From: an uncultured bacterium
Lineage (GTDB): Bacteria > Fidelibacterota > Marinisomatia > Marinisomatales > TCS56
Reading direction: 5' to 3'
DNA: 64,000 nt
Assembly: GCA_964439935.1 (NCBI GenBank)
Contig: CAYTPW010000012.1
Coordinates: 33,302 to 97,301, forward strand
The notes under the pieces: model-generated
The model's database searches: none
What the model saw: the letters and a program-made list of their open reading frames with translations, nothing else
What the model was told of the DNA's origin: nothing
Shown: piece by piece, positions 38,001-47,786 of the stretch
Layout: every line of letters begins with the position of its first letter
How positions within the stretch are numbered: position 1 is the first letter of the stretch
Program-made: the position numbers and the translations under genes

Positions 38001-39743
38001 CCCAGCGCGAATTCCTATAATTACCAATTACCGCTCAATTCAGAGCCTGGGCCGCATAATTTGATCATATCATGGATGGACAACGAAACAGTCTATCGAA
38101 CCTGTCAGCCGCTCTCAATTTCGGGAGCCGACGTTATAATTAAAGAAATTATACCCAGAGACCCGAACTATCTGGACAGCATCCAGGTAATTATTCAGGC
38201 ACGTGACCGCCAGGGAATCGATTCAGTTCAATTATTGATCCATAACAATTTTTATGCTGATCTTGTACAGGCAGGAGATGAGCTATATCGCTCGAGCACC
38301 CCGATACCACCCCGAATTGCCGGATCAATTCTAGCGCTCAAAGGCCGTGTAGTTGACAGCACCGGGCATGAATCATTTAGTCAAGAGTTACAGGTGGCTA
38401 TCCGCGATTTACCAGATTTTACCTTAAACGATATCAAACAGGTTGCAGATAATACTATTAAATTGGTTTGTACCGTCAATAACAACAGTTCCGGTAGTGG
38501 AAACGCGATCGTTTTGTTTGAGCGCAAGGCAAGTAATAACTGGGTAGAATTGGGTGCAGACACAATCGCCTTTTCCGGCCGAGGCAGTTTACTGGCTGAA
38601 CTTTCCAGCACTCTACCCAGCGGAGTGCATCAATACCGTGCTACCGTCAAGTCCGAATATCCCGGTTCTTCTATCGATACGACTATCAGTACGCTGGAAA
38701 CTTCCGCATTCTGGGTTACCCCACAGCTGGGCACTACCAGCGATCGGCAGACACACAGCACAGTATACTCATATGGTATCTATCTGGAAGCACCACCTGG
38801 ATCGGCTACTTCTGACGTGATACTTCAAATAAAAAATTACACCCATAGCATACCAGATAATCAACCGGATTTGAAGCTAGTAGCAGTTGATTCAATACGT
38901 GATGGAATTGAGGTAAGTATTCCTGCGCCTGTTTCAATCAATGTGACCTGGAATCCTGGAATTGCGCTTCCTGATACCACTTCCTTATACCAATATTACC
39001 CGGATCGTGAAATCTGGTTGCCTGTGATTAGTTTTACCACGCAGGACTCCAGCATCAGCTTCAGTTCCACTGCTCCAGGTAACTGGGCTTTTTTCACTTC
39101 TACTGACATAATAGCACCACGATTGGAGGCAACCATCAATGGTCAGCGTTTCCTGCATGACAGTTATTTAAATTCAAATCCGGTAATCTCACTGATCGGC
39201 TTTGATGAAAATGGTATTGACCATCGATCGTCAGGGCTGCAAGCCTGGATAAATGATCAACAATTGATTAACCATCAGTTCTCAATTATGTCTGGTAAGT
39301 GTAACCAGCTCGGTATTCAGTTCACGCCAACGCTGACTGCTTTCGATACCAGCATGGCTATTGTCATGTGTGACGCATCTGGAAATTTATCCGATACATT
39401 GAAATTAAAGTTTATTGTCAGTCCGAAACTCAACCTGATTGATTATGGTAATTTCCCTAATCCATTTACCGACCAGACTCGTTTTGCCTACGAATTGACC
39501 GAAAATGTGGATGAATTCAGTCTGGATATCTATACAGTTGATGGGCGGCGGATTCGACACCTGACTCAGGAATCCACCCTGACTGATCTTGATCCACGGG
39601 CCGGTGCTTATCATGAAATTCTGTGGGACGGCAGAGATAAAAATGGTGATTTTGTCGCTAATGGTGTTTATTTCTATCAGCTGAAAATAACCAAAGACAA
39701 AACGACAATAAAACGGCAGGGCAAATTGGCTAAAGCGCGCTAG
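35067..39743 (+). CDS. large secreted peptidase C25 (gingipain-like) family protein with FlgD-Ig/T9SS-like C-terminal domain
   Basis: 1558 aa. Catalytic-region match YINFLGHGGGAVWGD...PFVTSMTCFTGDV (His/Cys dyad context of gingipains). C-terminus NFPNPFTDQTRFAYEL...WDGRDKNGDFVANGVYFYQLK. Confidence 0.7.
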   Translation: MRIPSLFLSLWWIVLFIMHEFVLSASPLNIKVNQPGMLVLEFQLDSVLVINDSLIITKPGLPLDQSPGYPALPCLSEVIVGLPPTAQMEVFTDQAIIVPGFLPGRVAPEQAKGIDFTIPITNWDGSDYPDRVASTMPAGKIRGHVSTALKIYPVRFVVGNLVRHQRITVKLTWNRTTTINPQLLSQTSLSELPVTEMPHALHRRIILPDYQYSGNIAKIMLDKTGWYQLSQPTLVDSGLMITNVDPRTFRLWSQNQEILIYVEGESDGHFNTSDRIIFFGEKNKAPINTPYRSNFYTDTNVYWLTWGAVNGIRYISESAYPDLPTDQVLVPLSFIHTQHYEQDDYFARLGSMHTHDQWDTFDHFFMEPAINGGTSEQFEIELYSPRNTNTVEFRVGMEFQGVTDGNHTLQAFINGYKVTEAAWSGQASQQITEDPGQVLQNDFLKHGSNQLLITLEGNDPTNRYDQVYLNWVDITYDRLYQANNDRLVFTRDSNLPITTQFEVFGFTDNSILVFKEGISRIQDFIVVYDTGPDHYKIVFQDYLTSNATRYHCLIEDSLQTVKSVHSVEPILSPLSQGGADYLVLMPDSFQTILQPLIDLHDGIGVDIDDVYRQYSGGVLSPYAIRDFLTDVYYSWSPVPSEVLIAMQGGLFGWRGGYSKPGTYIPSMKTQTYGWGAASSDFWYTLVAGDDLIPEFSIGRLPAQNQAELEIMVAKAHALQNQLPETWKNQVLMIAGYEEAFKLQSEALIQNIVSQAIFPTRLNIDQYSESSPFYGSTDTLLKHFADGRVYINFLGHGGGAVWGDRSLFTLGDIDNLLNPGKTPFVTSMTCFTGDVTNPNALGRRLLGYDQGGVASWFGSAGVGWIINDYLLLQPIHQRLFNSPELSIGEIINQAKIQYLATNSAYPDIAQTQVMQFNLSGDPATRLHLPQINPVQLNFSDPEPGETIAIILPGENIDSVRIQLFNDSQIPTTRYPKLLMPSANSYNYQLPLNSEPGPHNLIISWMDNETVYRTCQPLSISGADVIIKEIIPRDPNYLDSIQVIIQARDRQGIDSVQLLIHNNFYADLVQAGDELYRSSTPIPPRIAGSILALKGRVVDSTGHESFSQELQVAIRDLPDFTLNDIKQVADNTIKLVCTVNNNSSGSGNAIVLFERKASNNWVELGADTIAFSGRGSLLAELSSTLPSGVHQYRATVKSEYPGSSIDTTISTLETSAFWVTPQLGTTSDRQTHSTVYSYGIYLEAPPGSATSDVILQIKNYTHSIPDNQPDLKLVAVDSIRDGIEVSIPAPVSINVTWNPGIALPDTTSLYQYYPDREIWLPVISFTTQDSSISFSSTAPGNWAFFTSTDIIAPRLEATINGQRFLHDSYLNSNPVISLIGFDENGIDHRSSGLQAWINDQQLINHQFSIMSGKCNQLGIQFTPTLTAFDTSMAIVMCDASGNLSDTLKLKFIVSPKLNLIDYGNFPNPFTDQTRFAYELTENVDEFSLDIYTVDGRRIRHLTQESTLTDLDPRAGAYHEILWDGRDKNGDFVANGVYFYQLKITKDKTTIKRQGKLAKAR

Positions 39744-39745
39744 GA

Positions 39746-40459
39746 TTATCGTACCAAAACAGGCAAATCAACCAGAATAACTTCTCCATCAGCCAGCAGT
39801 ACAATTTCCAGTACTTCCTCATCTGAAATAGCAACACCGTCCCGCGAGCCTGCTGCTACGCCATTGATCGTTGCCGCACCTTGTGATATCACCAGGTAGG
39901 CGTGACGCCGTTGGTCCAGTTCATGTTTCAGTAGCGTACCTGCTCTGGCTTTGGCACCCCAGAGCGCAGCATCCTGATAAATTTTAAGTGCTTTGCTATC
40001 TTCATTTTCTGGCCTTCCTGAAACAAGCAATTGGAATTCAGTAACATATTTCACCGGAAAAGGACGTGTTTCCCAACGGGGTTCAGCACCAGGCTTGGCC
40101 GTCTCGATCCAGATCTGGAACAGGGTTGTATCCTCATTTTCACGGTTATATTCGCTATGGACAATACCCGTACCAGCCGACATAACCTGTACATTGCCGA
40201 CTTCAATCCGCCCGCGATTACCAAGATTATCTTCGTGAGTTATTGCACCGGTCCGGATATAGGTGATGATTTCCATGTCCCGGTGGGGATGCATGGGAAA
40301 ACCGGTTCCAGCCTTGATAGTATCATCATTCCAGACCCGTAGCGGAGGTTGTCCCATTCGTTTAGGATCAAAATAGTTAGCGAAGCTGAAATGATGGCGA
40401 GCATCCAGCCAACCGTGATTCTGGTGTCCAATTGATTCAAATTGAATTACTCTTACCAT
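39746..40459 (-). CDS. pirin family protein
   Basis: HGWLDARHHFSFANYFDP and HPHRDMEIITYI cupin motifs. I start at ATG 40459 (RBS GGAGA 5-6 nt upstream) rather than TTG 40501. Confidence 0.88.
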   Translation of the reverse strand: MVRVIQFESIGHQNHGWLDARHHFSFANYFDPKRMGQPPLRVWNDDTIKAGTGFPMHPHRDMEIITYIRTGAITHEDNLGNRGRIEVGNVQVMSAGTGIVHSEYNRENEDTTLFQIWIETAKPGAEPRWETRPFPVKYVTEFQLLVSGRPENEDSKALKIYQDAALWGAKARAGTLLKHELDQRRHAYLVISQGAATINGVAAGSRDGVAISDEEVLEIVLLADGEVILVDLPVLVR

Positions 40460-40715
40460 AATTGTCTCCAATGACCCCCGATTATTCAACATCAATGTCA
40501 ATCTAATCGACTAAAATCACCAGCCCATAGGTGAATTTCAATGTTGAAATGCTTCCTAGTAAATAAAATATTAAAATATCAGTTCCCCAAAAAAATTTTA
40601 AGATTAAAGGAACATTGTCTCCCGGAAAACATAATCGTGATATTAACCGAGCCATCTCCAATATTTTATTGTAAATTAATCCGGTTAACGGGATAAAAAA
40701 TTACCCGGGGCAAAT

Positions 40716-43298
40716 ATGCAGAAATTGATCCAAGAACTCAAGCGCCGCAAAGTTTTTCGTGTGGCTGGAGTTTATGCTGTTGTGTCATGGATCATTATGC
40801 AGATCGGTGAAGTCACATTCCCTGCACTCCTGCTTCCCAACTGGGCGCTTACTCTGGTAATAGTATTATTAATTATAGGTTTCCCTATCGCCATCTTATT
40901 ATCCTGGGCATTTGATATTACACCGGACGGTATTAAACGAGACCGGCAGAGCACCTTCCTGGCCGAATCACCACCTATTTCCGGGTCGAATTATCCGCCG
41001 CCATTCCCAATTCGCTCAAAATACCGCAACCTCAGCCTGATAACTGCTGGTATCACAGCAATAATCATTATCAGCTGGCTGGTTCTACCCCAAATGGGAC
41101 TGTTTGGGTTGCAGACTTCCATCGACGCTAACTCATTGGCAGTATTAACCTTTGAAAACCTGCAAGATGTGGATGACAAGGACCGTTTGGGACAGATTCT
41201 GCAGGAATTAATAATCACCGATTTATCGGAATCGGAATTTTTCAAAGTATACAGCAGCCAGCGCTTGTTTGATCTTCAGAATCAATTGCACCCGTCTGAC
41301 AGCCGGTCTATCGATCCCTCAGATGCACTTGAGATCGCAAGGATGGCCGGTGCCTCGACCATGTTAACCGGTAGTATTATTCAGACTGGAACCAAAACGA
41401 TTCTTACCTCACGACTGATCGAAGTTGACCGAGGGACGGTCATTAAATCCCAACGCGTGGAAGGAACTGATATCTACGCCATGGTAGATGAATTAACCGA
41501 AGAAGTTCGGGCTGATCTTAATTTGTCAAGTCACGACATTCAGGATATTAAAATCCCTGTAATTGAAAAAACTTCCAGCTCGATGACTGCATTTCAACAT
41601 TATCTGGAAGGTATGGATCTTCTAAATGAACAGAAATTTGTTCTAGCCCTTGAACATTTCAGCGCCGCTATTGAAATCGACTCCAGCTTTTCCAGTGTAT
41701 ATTATAATCTGGCCATGGCTCAGTGGTGGGCTCAATCCGAGCATAAGGAAATTACTTCAGAGCAAGCCTTAGCTACCCTGGATCGGTTTTTGTCACACCA
41801 ATTCTATAAAACAACCAAAGAAAAACTGCTGGCGGAAAGTGCCCGGGAGCTGATACAACAAAACCATTCCACTGCAGCAGAATTATACACACAGCTTACC
41901 AACATCATTCCTGATGAAAAGGATGGCTGGTACGGTCTAGGAGAAGCCCTCTTTCATGGTCCTGGAGATCTGGATGGTGCTGGAATTGCTTTTGAAAAAG
42001 TACTCTTGCTGGATCCCAATTATAAACTGGCCTACCGACACATCTTTGACATCTATGCTACCAACAAACAATTTGATGAAGGCAAAATGCAGGCTGTACA
42101 ATATATATCCATGTTTCCCGAGAGCCACTGGGGTCCCTTTTATATGGCAATGATGACCAATGGCACCGGAGATCATTTCAAGGCCGCTGAATTATACATG
42201 GATGCTATCAACGTATATGCTGATTTCGACCAAGCATATAAAAATCTGTCCCACATCTGTATCGATTATTTAAACATTGAAGAAGGTCTTAATTTTGCCC
42301 GGGAATTAATGTCACTGTTTCCCCGGAAATCCAGGCCCTATAAATTAATGGGCCAATTGTATATTAACGCTGGGGATTATGGCGCAGCTATCGAAACATT
42401 CGAAAACGGATTGTTAATAAAACCGGATGGGTACTCATTTGCCCTGGAGATCGGGTATATTTATCAATTGATGGGATTGTATAGCACAGCCGAAGAAAAA
42501 TACCAGGAATTGAGAATGTCGGTGCCAGACAAACACTGGCAGCGGAATAGTCGGCAGATGTTAACCTGGTTGTACGATGAACAGGGCAAAATCAGCAAAT
42601 CCCTTGTATTGCTCGAGGAGGATATTAAGGATGCTAATAGTCTAGGGGTAAATCTGGAAGTGCAGACCTTTTTGGGTCAAGCTTTTCATTATGCAATTAT
42701 TTCAGATTTTAATCGCGCCCTGGAAATATTGGACTCAGCAATCAGTTTGAACCCTTCCACTGAACTGCTGCTCAATATCTATCTGATAAAAGGATTGGTA
42801 TTCACGTTCCAAAATGATCGCGAAAGACTCAACCAGATCGTGCGTTTGGCTGAGACAATGATTCCACGTAGCGGTAAAAAGTCGGCTATGTCCATTTATG
42901 ATCCATTCCTTCATTCCCTTCAATTTCAAAAACATTATTTGGATGAGGAATACCATTTAGCCCTTGACGAATATAATCGGATCAGCGAAAAAACGGAAAT
43001 TCCTGATTATTTCCTTTACCAGAAAGCAATCTGCTACCTGCGTTTAGGAGAATATGAACAAGCCCTAGCTACTACAGAAGCTATGCAAAAACCCAATCTC
43101 AGCCGTTCAGCCCGGTCGTTTGCATATCCACGTTCATTTTACTTGCGCGGTTTAATTTATGAGGCACGGGATAATAAATCCCTAGCACGCCAGAGCTACC
43201 AAAAACTGATTAATATTTGGAAGGATGCTGACACCAATTTACTTGACCGGCGTGATGCACTGGATCGCCTGGTGCGTATAACTCAAGAAATCGGCTGA
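40716..43298 (+). CDS. membrane-anchored tetratricopeptide-repeat protein
   Basis: 860 aa. N-terminus ELKRRKVFRVAGVYAVVSWIIMQ plus two TM helices, then many TPR-like 34-residue helical pairs. Confidence 0.65.
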   Translation: MQKLIQELKRRKVFRVAGVYAVVSWIIMQIGEVTFPALLLPNWALTLVIVLLIIGFPIAILLSWAFDITPDGIKRDRQSTFLAESPPISGSNYPPPFPIRSKYRNLSLITAGITAIIIISWLVLPQMGLFGLQTSIDANSLAVLTFENLQDVDDKDRLGQILQELIITDLSESEFFKVYSSQRLFDLQNQLHPSDSRSIDPSDALEIARMAGASTMLTGSIIQTGTKTILTSRLIEVDRGTVIKSQRVEGTDIYAMVDELTEEVRADLNLSSHDIQDIKIPVIEKTSSSMTAFQHYLEGMDLLNEQKFVLALEHFSAAIEIDSSFSSVYYNLAMAQWWAQSEHKEITSEQALATLDRFLSHQFYKTTKEKLLAESARELIQQNHSTAAELYTQLTNIIPDEKDGWYGLGEALFHGPGDLDGAGIAFEKVLLLDPNYKLAYRHIFDIYATNKQFDEGKMQAVQYISMFPESHWGPFYMAMMTNGTGDHFKAAELYMDAINVYADFDQAYKNLSHICIDYLNIEEGLNFARELMSLFPRKSRPYKLMGQLYINAGDYGAAIETFENGLLIKPDGYSFALEIGYIYQLMGLYSTAEEKYQELRMSVPDKHWQRNSRQMLTWLYDEQGKISKSLVLLEEDIKDANSLGVNLEVQTFLGQAFHYAIISDFNRALEILDSAISLNPSTELLLNIYLIKGLVFTFQNDRERLNQIVRLAETMIPRSGKKSAMSIYDPFLHSLQFQKHYLDEEYHLALDEYNRISEKTEIPDYFLYQKAICYLRLGEYEQALATTEAMQKPNLSRSARSFAYPRSFYLRGLIYEARDNKSLARQSYQKLINIWKDADTNLLDRRDALDRLVRITQEIG

Positions 43299-43341
43299 TT
43301 ATTACAGTTAAAAAGTAATATAATCTCCACTCGTCTAACTA

Positions 43342-44361
43342 TTATATTACCTGATTTTTCAGGATTTTCACAACTTGCTCCAGCATAGCATCATCAAAAT
43401 CGAGATGCGTCACCATACGGATCAGCTGGTGTCCCATATCGATCACCTGTATTCCGGAATCAGCCAATGTATCAATCAAATCATCTGCATTAACATCAGC
43501 ATTAAGACTGAAAATGACAATATTGGTATCCACCGGCATAACTTCCTTTACAAATGGTAAAGCACTGACTTCGTCGCCAAGAATCTTTGCTCGTCGGTGA
43601 TCTTCACCCAAGCGTTCTATATTATTATCAAGGGCATAAATACCGGCGGCGGCCAGATAACCAGCCTGGCGCATACCGCCACCCCAAACCTTTCGCGTTC
43701 TACGAGCCTGATCAATAAAATCACCCGTACCAATTAATAAGGAACCTACCGGCGCCCCCAACCCCTTCGAAAGACAGATCGAGATTGAATCGAAAAGCGC
43801 TCCATAGTCCGCTGAGGATTCACCGGTTTCCGTTAAGGCATTAAACAGGCGGGCACCATCAAGGTGAAGCTTCAAATCATTATCACTGCAGGCATGACGA
43901 ATGCCGCGGATAGATTCAATATTCCAGTAGCTTCCACCACCTTTATTACAGGTATTTTCAATTACCACCAGTTTAGATATTGGATGATGAATATCATCCG
44001 GATTTATATTGGCCAGCAGATCATCATCCAAAAAGCGACCCCTGTCACCGGAGAGTAAACGCACCGATGCGCCTGAATTTCGGGCAATGCCCCCACCTTC
44101 GTAATGGTAAACATGGCTTAGGCGATCACAGATCACTTCATCACCCGGCTGGGTGTGGCATTGGATGGCAAGCTGGTTGGTCATTGTCCCTGAAGGACAA
44201 AACAATGCCTGTTCCATATCAAACATAGCCGCCGCTTTCCGATGAAGCTCATTGATCGTAGGATCCTCCTGGAAAACATCATCACCAACCTCAGCAGTCA
44301 TCATTGCTGCCAGCATCTGTGGCGATGGACGGGTGACTGTATCACTGCGCAAATCAATCAT
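43342..44361 (-). CDS. ltaE: low-specificity L-threonine aldolase
   Basis: 339 aa. MIDLRSDTVTRPSPQML...GDDVFQEDPT is the canonical beta-eliminating-lyase/threonine-aldolase N-terminus. Confidence 0.88.
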   Translation of the reverse strand: MIDLRSDTVTRPSPQMLAAMMTAEVGDDVFQEDPTINELHRKAAAMFDMEQALFCPSGTMTNQLAIQCHTQPGDEVICDRLSHVYHYEGGGIARNSGASVRLLSGDRGRFLDDDLLANINPDDIHHPISKLVVIENTCNKGGGSYWNIESIRGIRHACSDNDLKLHLDGARLFNALTETGESSADYGALFDSISICLSKGLGAPVGSLLIGTGDFIDQARRTRKVWGGGMRQAGYLAAAGIYALDNNIERLGEDHRRAKILGDEVSALPFVKEVMPVDTNIVIFSLNADVNADDLIDTLADSGIQVIDMGHQLIRMVTHLDFDDAMLEQVVKILKNQVI

Positions 44362-44549
44362 GCCGGTTATATCCTTTTTGATTATTTAAATCCTCAGTAC
44401 AGGTCCGAATTTGGGTCAAGTACAATCAAATTTCCCAAAGTGAATCATCCAGTAATTAGAAAATCAATCAGATTTTTAATATTTTTAGCTTGTTCTGGAG
44501 CTACTTTATGTGTAAACTGTTTTTAATTAAATTGTTAAGGAGTCTTAAA

Positions 44550-44861
44550 ATGAAAACCGTAACTTACACCAAGAAAGACATTATCCACAGAGTTGCCCAA
44601 GCGGTTAATGCCCCGGATCTCCAGACAAAAAATTTCGTGGACAAAACTTTTCGCGTCATGGCAAATATGCTAATTGAGGATCATGAACGAGTTCGGATAG
44701 AAATTCGCAATTTTGGTGTATTGGAAGCAAAACCAACCAAGGCCAAACCAAAAGCACGCAATCCCCGCACCAATGAAATCGTGTATGTTCCAGCCCATAG
44801 AAAAACTCACTTCAAGGCCGGAAAAATAATCCGAGAAGTATTGCGCAGACCGATTAAATAA
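44550..44861 (+). CDS. HU/IHF-family DNA-binding protein
   Basis: 103 aa from ATG 44550 (RBS AAGGA). The arm motif RNPRTNEIVYVPAHRKTHFKAGK is typical of IHF/HU. Confidence 0.85.
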   Translation: MKTVTYTKKDIIHRVAQAVNAPDLQTKNFVDKTFRVMANMLIEDHERVRIEIRNFGVLEAKPTKAKPKARNPRTNEIVYVPAHRKTHFKAGKIIREVLRRPIK

Positions 44862-45163
44862 TAGTGCTGTTCAATAGTTAATATCCCATCAACCATTTCT
44901 GAAATCAACTCACAAAAACTCTTAAATTAATTATTTGTTGGCAGCTTGATTTATCTGTTGGAAGAAGTTGTCGCCTTAGTCCCAGGTATTTATCAAGTCA
45001 GCCAAGATAGATTATAACGATCCATACCAGGGTCGCGAATACCGGATCGGCATTGTATACAGCTACTGAAGATTTTACAGAAGCTCCTGAGACCCTCCGT
45101 TTTTTACCTCTGATTAATAGAAAAATATGTGATAATTAAATTAAGTTTTTCTAATATTTAATA

Positions 45164-46321
45164 ATGCAAGCTGATGTAATTATTGTTGGTGCCGGTCCTG
45201 CCGGCTCAGCGGCCGCCATAACCCTGGTCCGAAATGGCCATGCTGTCTTGATGGTGGATCAATCACCTTTCCCACGCGATAAAGTCTGTGGTGATGGTAT
45301 ACTTCCTGGTTCTATACAGCTGCTGAATCAACTGGGATTAGGGAAAAAAATAATCCAAGCGGGTTTTAATCCAATAAATGTTATTAAGGTGGTTTCTCCG
45401 CGTAGCAAAGTCTTGGAATTTAGTTTTTCTCCAAAGGGGAATCAAACCGGCTTTTATATTGCGCCCCGGCGAGAATTTGATTTCCTGCTACAGCAACAAG
45501 CTCTTGCTTTAGGTGCTGAGTTCCGTTCCGAGAGAGTCAGCAGAATAATTAAGGATAAAGGCATAATAAAAGGAGTAACATTACAATCCGGTCTTGAAAT
45601 TTTCAGCCGAGCAGTAATCGGTGCCGATGGGGCTAGTTCAATCGTCGCACGAGCTCTGCGCTCAAAACCTTTAAATAACAAAAAATTAATTGGGATTCGT
45701 GGATACATAACCGGACTGAAAACTCGGTTAAACTGCGCCGAATGTTATTTTCTGCAAGACGTTTTTCCCAGCTATGGCTGGATTTTTCCAACCGGGCCTG
45801 ACTCGGCTAATATCGGTTTGGGACTCTATGTTTCAAATTACCAGGCTAACCAAGAAAACCTAAAATTATTACTGGAAAAATTCCTGCAACATGAGCACCT
45901 TCGTAACCGTTTGGCAGGTGATCGATATCTCAGTAATGTTAATACCTGGTTTTATCATTTGGCTGAATGGAGTCCCCGTACGATAATAGCAAATGGAGCA
46001 GTTCTGATCGGTGACGCCGGTCCCTTCATGGACCCCCTTAGCGGTGAGGGTATCCGCAATGCTCTCCACTCAGGAATAATCGCCGGAGAAGTGCTGGATC
46101 AAGCCATCCGTTCGGATAATTGTTCGGTGAAGATGCTTAAGAAATATGAACGACGGTGTAAAAGAGAAATCTTCAGAACGATTCGCCACTCTATAATGAT
46201 CAGGCATCTCGTTTTAGCTTCACCAGCGCGGCTTCAGGAAGTTTTCCACCGAGTGAAAAACAATAAGGTTTTAATTGAAAGGCTGGTAAGTTCAATATCA
46301 TCCAATTTCGAAATTCAATGA
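45164..46321 (+). CDS. FAD-dependent geranylgeranyl reductase family oxidoreductase
   Basis: 385 aa. DVIIVGAGPAGSAAA dinucleotide fold, then RDKVCGDGI. C-terminal GDAGPFMDPLSGEGI motif typical of the GGR family. Confidence 0.7.
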   Translation: MQADVIIVGAGPAGSAAAITLVRNGHAVLMVDQSPFPRDKVCGDGILPGSIQLLNQLGLGKKIIQAGFNPINVIKVVSPRSKVLEFSFSPKGNQTGFYIAPRREFDFLLQQQALALGAEFRSERVSRIIKDKGIIKGVTLQSGLEIFSRAVIGADGASSIVARALRSKPLNNKKLIGIRGYITGLKTRLNCAECYFLQDVFPSYGWIFPTGPDSANIGLGLYVSNYQANQENLKLLLEKFLQHEHLRNRLAGDRYLSNVNTWFYHLAEWSPRTIIANGAVLIGDAGPFMDPLSGEGIRNALHSGIIAGEVLDQAIRSDNCSVKMLKKYERRCKREIFRTIRHSIMIRHLVLASPARLQEVFHRVKNNKVLIERLVSSISSNFEIQ

Positions 46322-46360
46322 TAGTAATCCTGATAATACAATTACAATGACAGCCTATTA

Positions 46361-47140
46361 ATGATTAATATACTGTTAACTGCCTTTTTCATCCTGATAA
46401 TTTCTGTCCTGTTTGTATATCGCATAATTGAAAAATATGGCAGCTATGCTCAAGCAGAGAATTTCAGAATGTTCCAGGTGACATTATTTACCGGATTTTT
46501 TTTGATACACGGTATCCTCACAATAGGATTGGTAAACATGGCCAGTTTTCTTGTCATCAGCATTGTTCTCAGCGCTGTTCTGGAAATCATTGGTACCAAT
46601 ACCGGTTGGTTGACCGGTAAATTCAAATACACCGACCGCGCCTGTCCCCTCCCGTCAGTATTGGGAGTTCCCCTTTGCTATCCCCTGGCCTGGTGCGGTC
46701 TTGTTTATACCGGAATGTGGACGGCAATATGTATTATTACCGTTCTTGGCTCCCCTGAATTTGAAATTGGGCTTCCCGTCATATTATTGACGCCCGCTTT
46801 AGTAACCCTGCTGGATATCATTTTAGATCCGATTGCCGTTCACGAAGGTCGGTGGGTCTGGGAAAAACCTGGTAAGTTCTATGGTGTACCCTTCTCAAAT
46901 TTCAGAGGATGGTTTATCACGACATTGATCATAATACTTAGTTTTTCTTATGGCCTGCAACCGGAGCTACAAATAAATGAATTGTCCCAATGGTACGTAT
47001 TCGCACCTGTTTTTGGCTATTGCGGGCTGGCCGTCGCCGCCAGTCGGGTGTGCTTTGAGCGGGGACTTAAAATTCCGGGTATAATTGCCATTATAGCTGG
47101 CGGCATGACTGCAATTCTGTGCCTGCTAAAACTTTTCTAG
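46361..47140 (+). CDS. polytopic membrane protein, possibly DUF422 / carotenoid-biosynthesis (CruF-like) family
   Basis: 259 aa, about 7 TM segments. DPIAVHEGRWVWEKPGKFYGVPFSNFRGWF resembles the conserved block I associate with PF04240. Assignment is from memory only. Confidence 0.4.
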   Translation: MINILLTAFFILIISVLFVYRIIEKYGSYAQAENFRMFQVTLFTGFFLIHGILTIGLVNMASFLVISIVLSAVLEIIGTNTGWLTGKFKYTDRACPLPSVLGVPLCYPLAWCGLVYTGMWTAICIITVLGSPEFEIGLPVILLTPALVTLLDIILDPIAVHEGRWVWEKPGKFYGVPFSNFRGWFITTLIIILSFSYGLQPELQINELSQWYVFAPVFGYCGLAVAASRVCFERGLKIPGIIAIIAGGMTAILCLLKLF

Positions 47141-47150
47141 GACTCAAACA

Positions 47151-47786
47151 ATGATTACTAACTCAAACCAAGGCCGCATATTTTGTATTGGTCGTAATTA
47201 TCAGGACCATATCAACGAGTTATCCAACCAACGCCCCGCTGAACCGGTGATTTTCATCAAGCCTGCTTCGTGCCGGGTACTGCCGGGTACATCAATTCGT
47301 TATCCCAAACATGGACATGACCTGCAGCATGAGGTTGAAATCGTTGTGCAAATTGGTAAAAGTGGGTCTGTTCGTGCGCTGGAAGATGCTACCCGTTTTA
47401 TTAGCGGCGTCACCGTTGGCCTTGATTTGACCCTCCGCGATGTTCAGTCGGATTTAAAAAACAAAGGATTACCCTGGGAAAAAGCAAAATCATTCGATGG
47501 TAGTGCGCCAATGGGCGAATTTGTTCCCTATAATCCCGAAATTGACTTGACTTCAATCAGCTTTGGCTGCCGGATCAATGGGCAGGAAAAACAAGCGGGC
47601 AATACAGCCGAGATGCTGTTCAGCATTCCGGAGCTCGTTCTGGCAATCAGTGCGATCTGGAAACTGAACTCAAGCGATTTGATTTTTACTGGGACACCTG
47701 CTGGTGTTGGACCGCTGACTGTTGGCGACGAAATCGAAATATTCAGTAGCATAACGCCTACATTCTATTGGAATGTTATCAATTAA
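47151..47786 (+). CDS. fumarylacetoacetate hydrolase (FAH) family protein
   Basis: 211 aa. IFCIGRNYQDHINEL, EPVIFIKP, HEVEIVVQIGK and FTGTPAGVG are typical FAH-family blocks. Confidence 0.85.
   Translation: MITNSNQGRIFCIGRNYQDHINELSNQRPAEPVIFIKPASCRVLPGTSIRYPKHGHDLQHEVEIVVQIGKSGSVRALEDATRFISGVTVGLDLTLRDVQSDLKNKGLPWEKAKSFDGSAPMGEFVPYNPEIDLTSISFGCRINGQEKQAGNTAEMLFSIPELVLAISAIWKLNSSDLIFTGTPAGVGPLTVGDEIEIFSSITPTFYWNVIN

Noticed and set aside
40716-43298. 860-aa membrane-anchored TPR protein as a candidate novel system component
   Set aside because: It is a standalone gene between unrelated housekeeping genes. The architecture (conserved N-terminal anchor plus TPR array) is common, and no partner genes are present.
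44862-45163. 300-bp gap checked for an RNA gene; the other gaps over 150 bp (5537..5815, 7373..7722, 29864..30079, 53216..53635, 62775..63049) were checked too
   Set aside because: I could find no tRNA cloverleaf, conserved SRP/tmRNA/RNase P/6S boxes or riboswitch-like conserved cores by eye. A covariance-model scan (Infernal/Rfam, tRNAscan-SE) would be needed to be sure.
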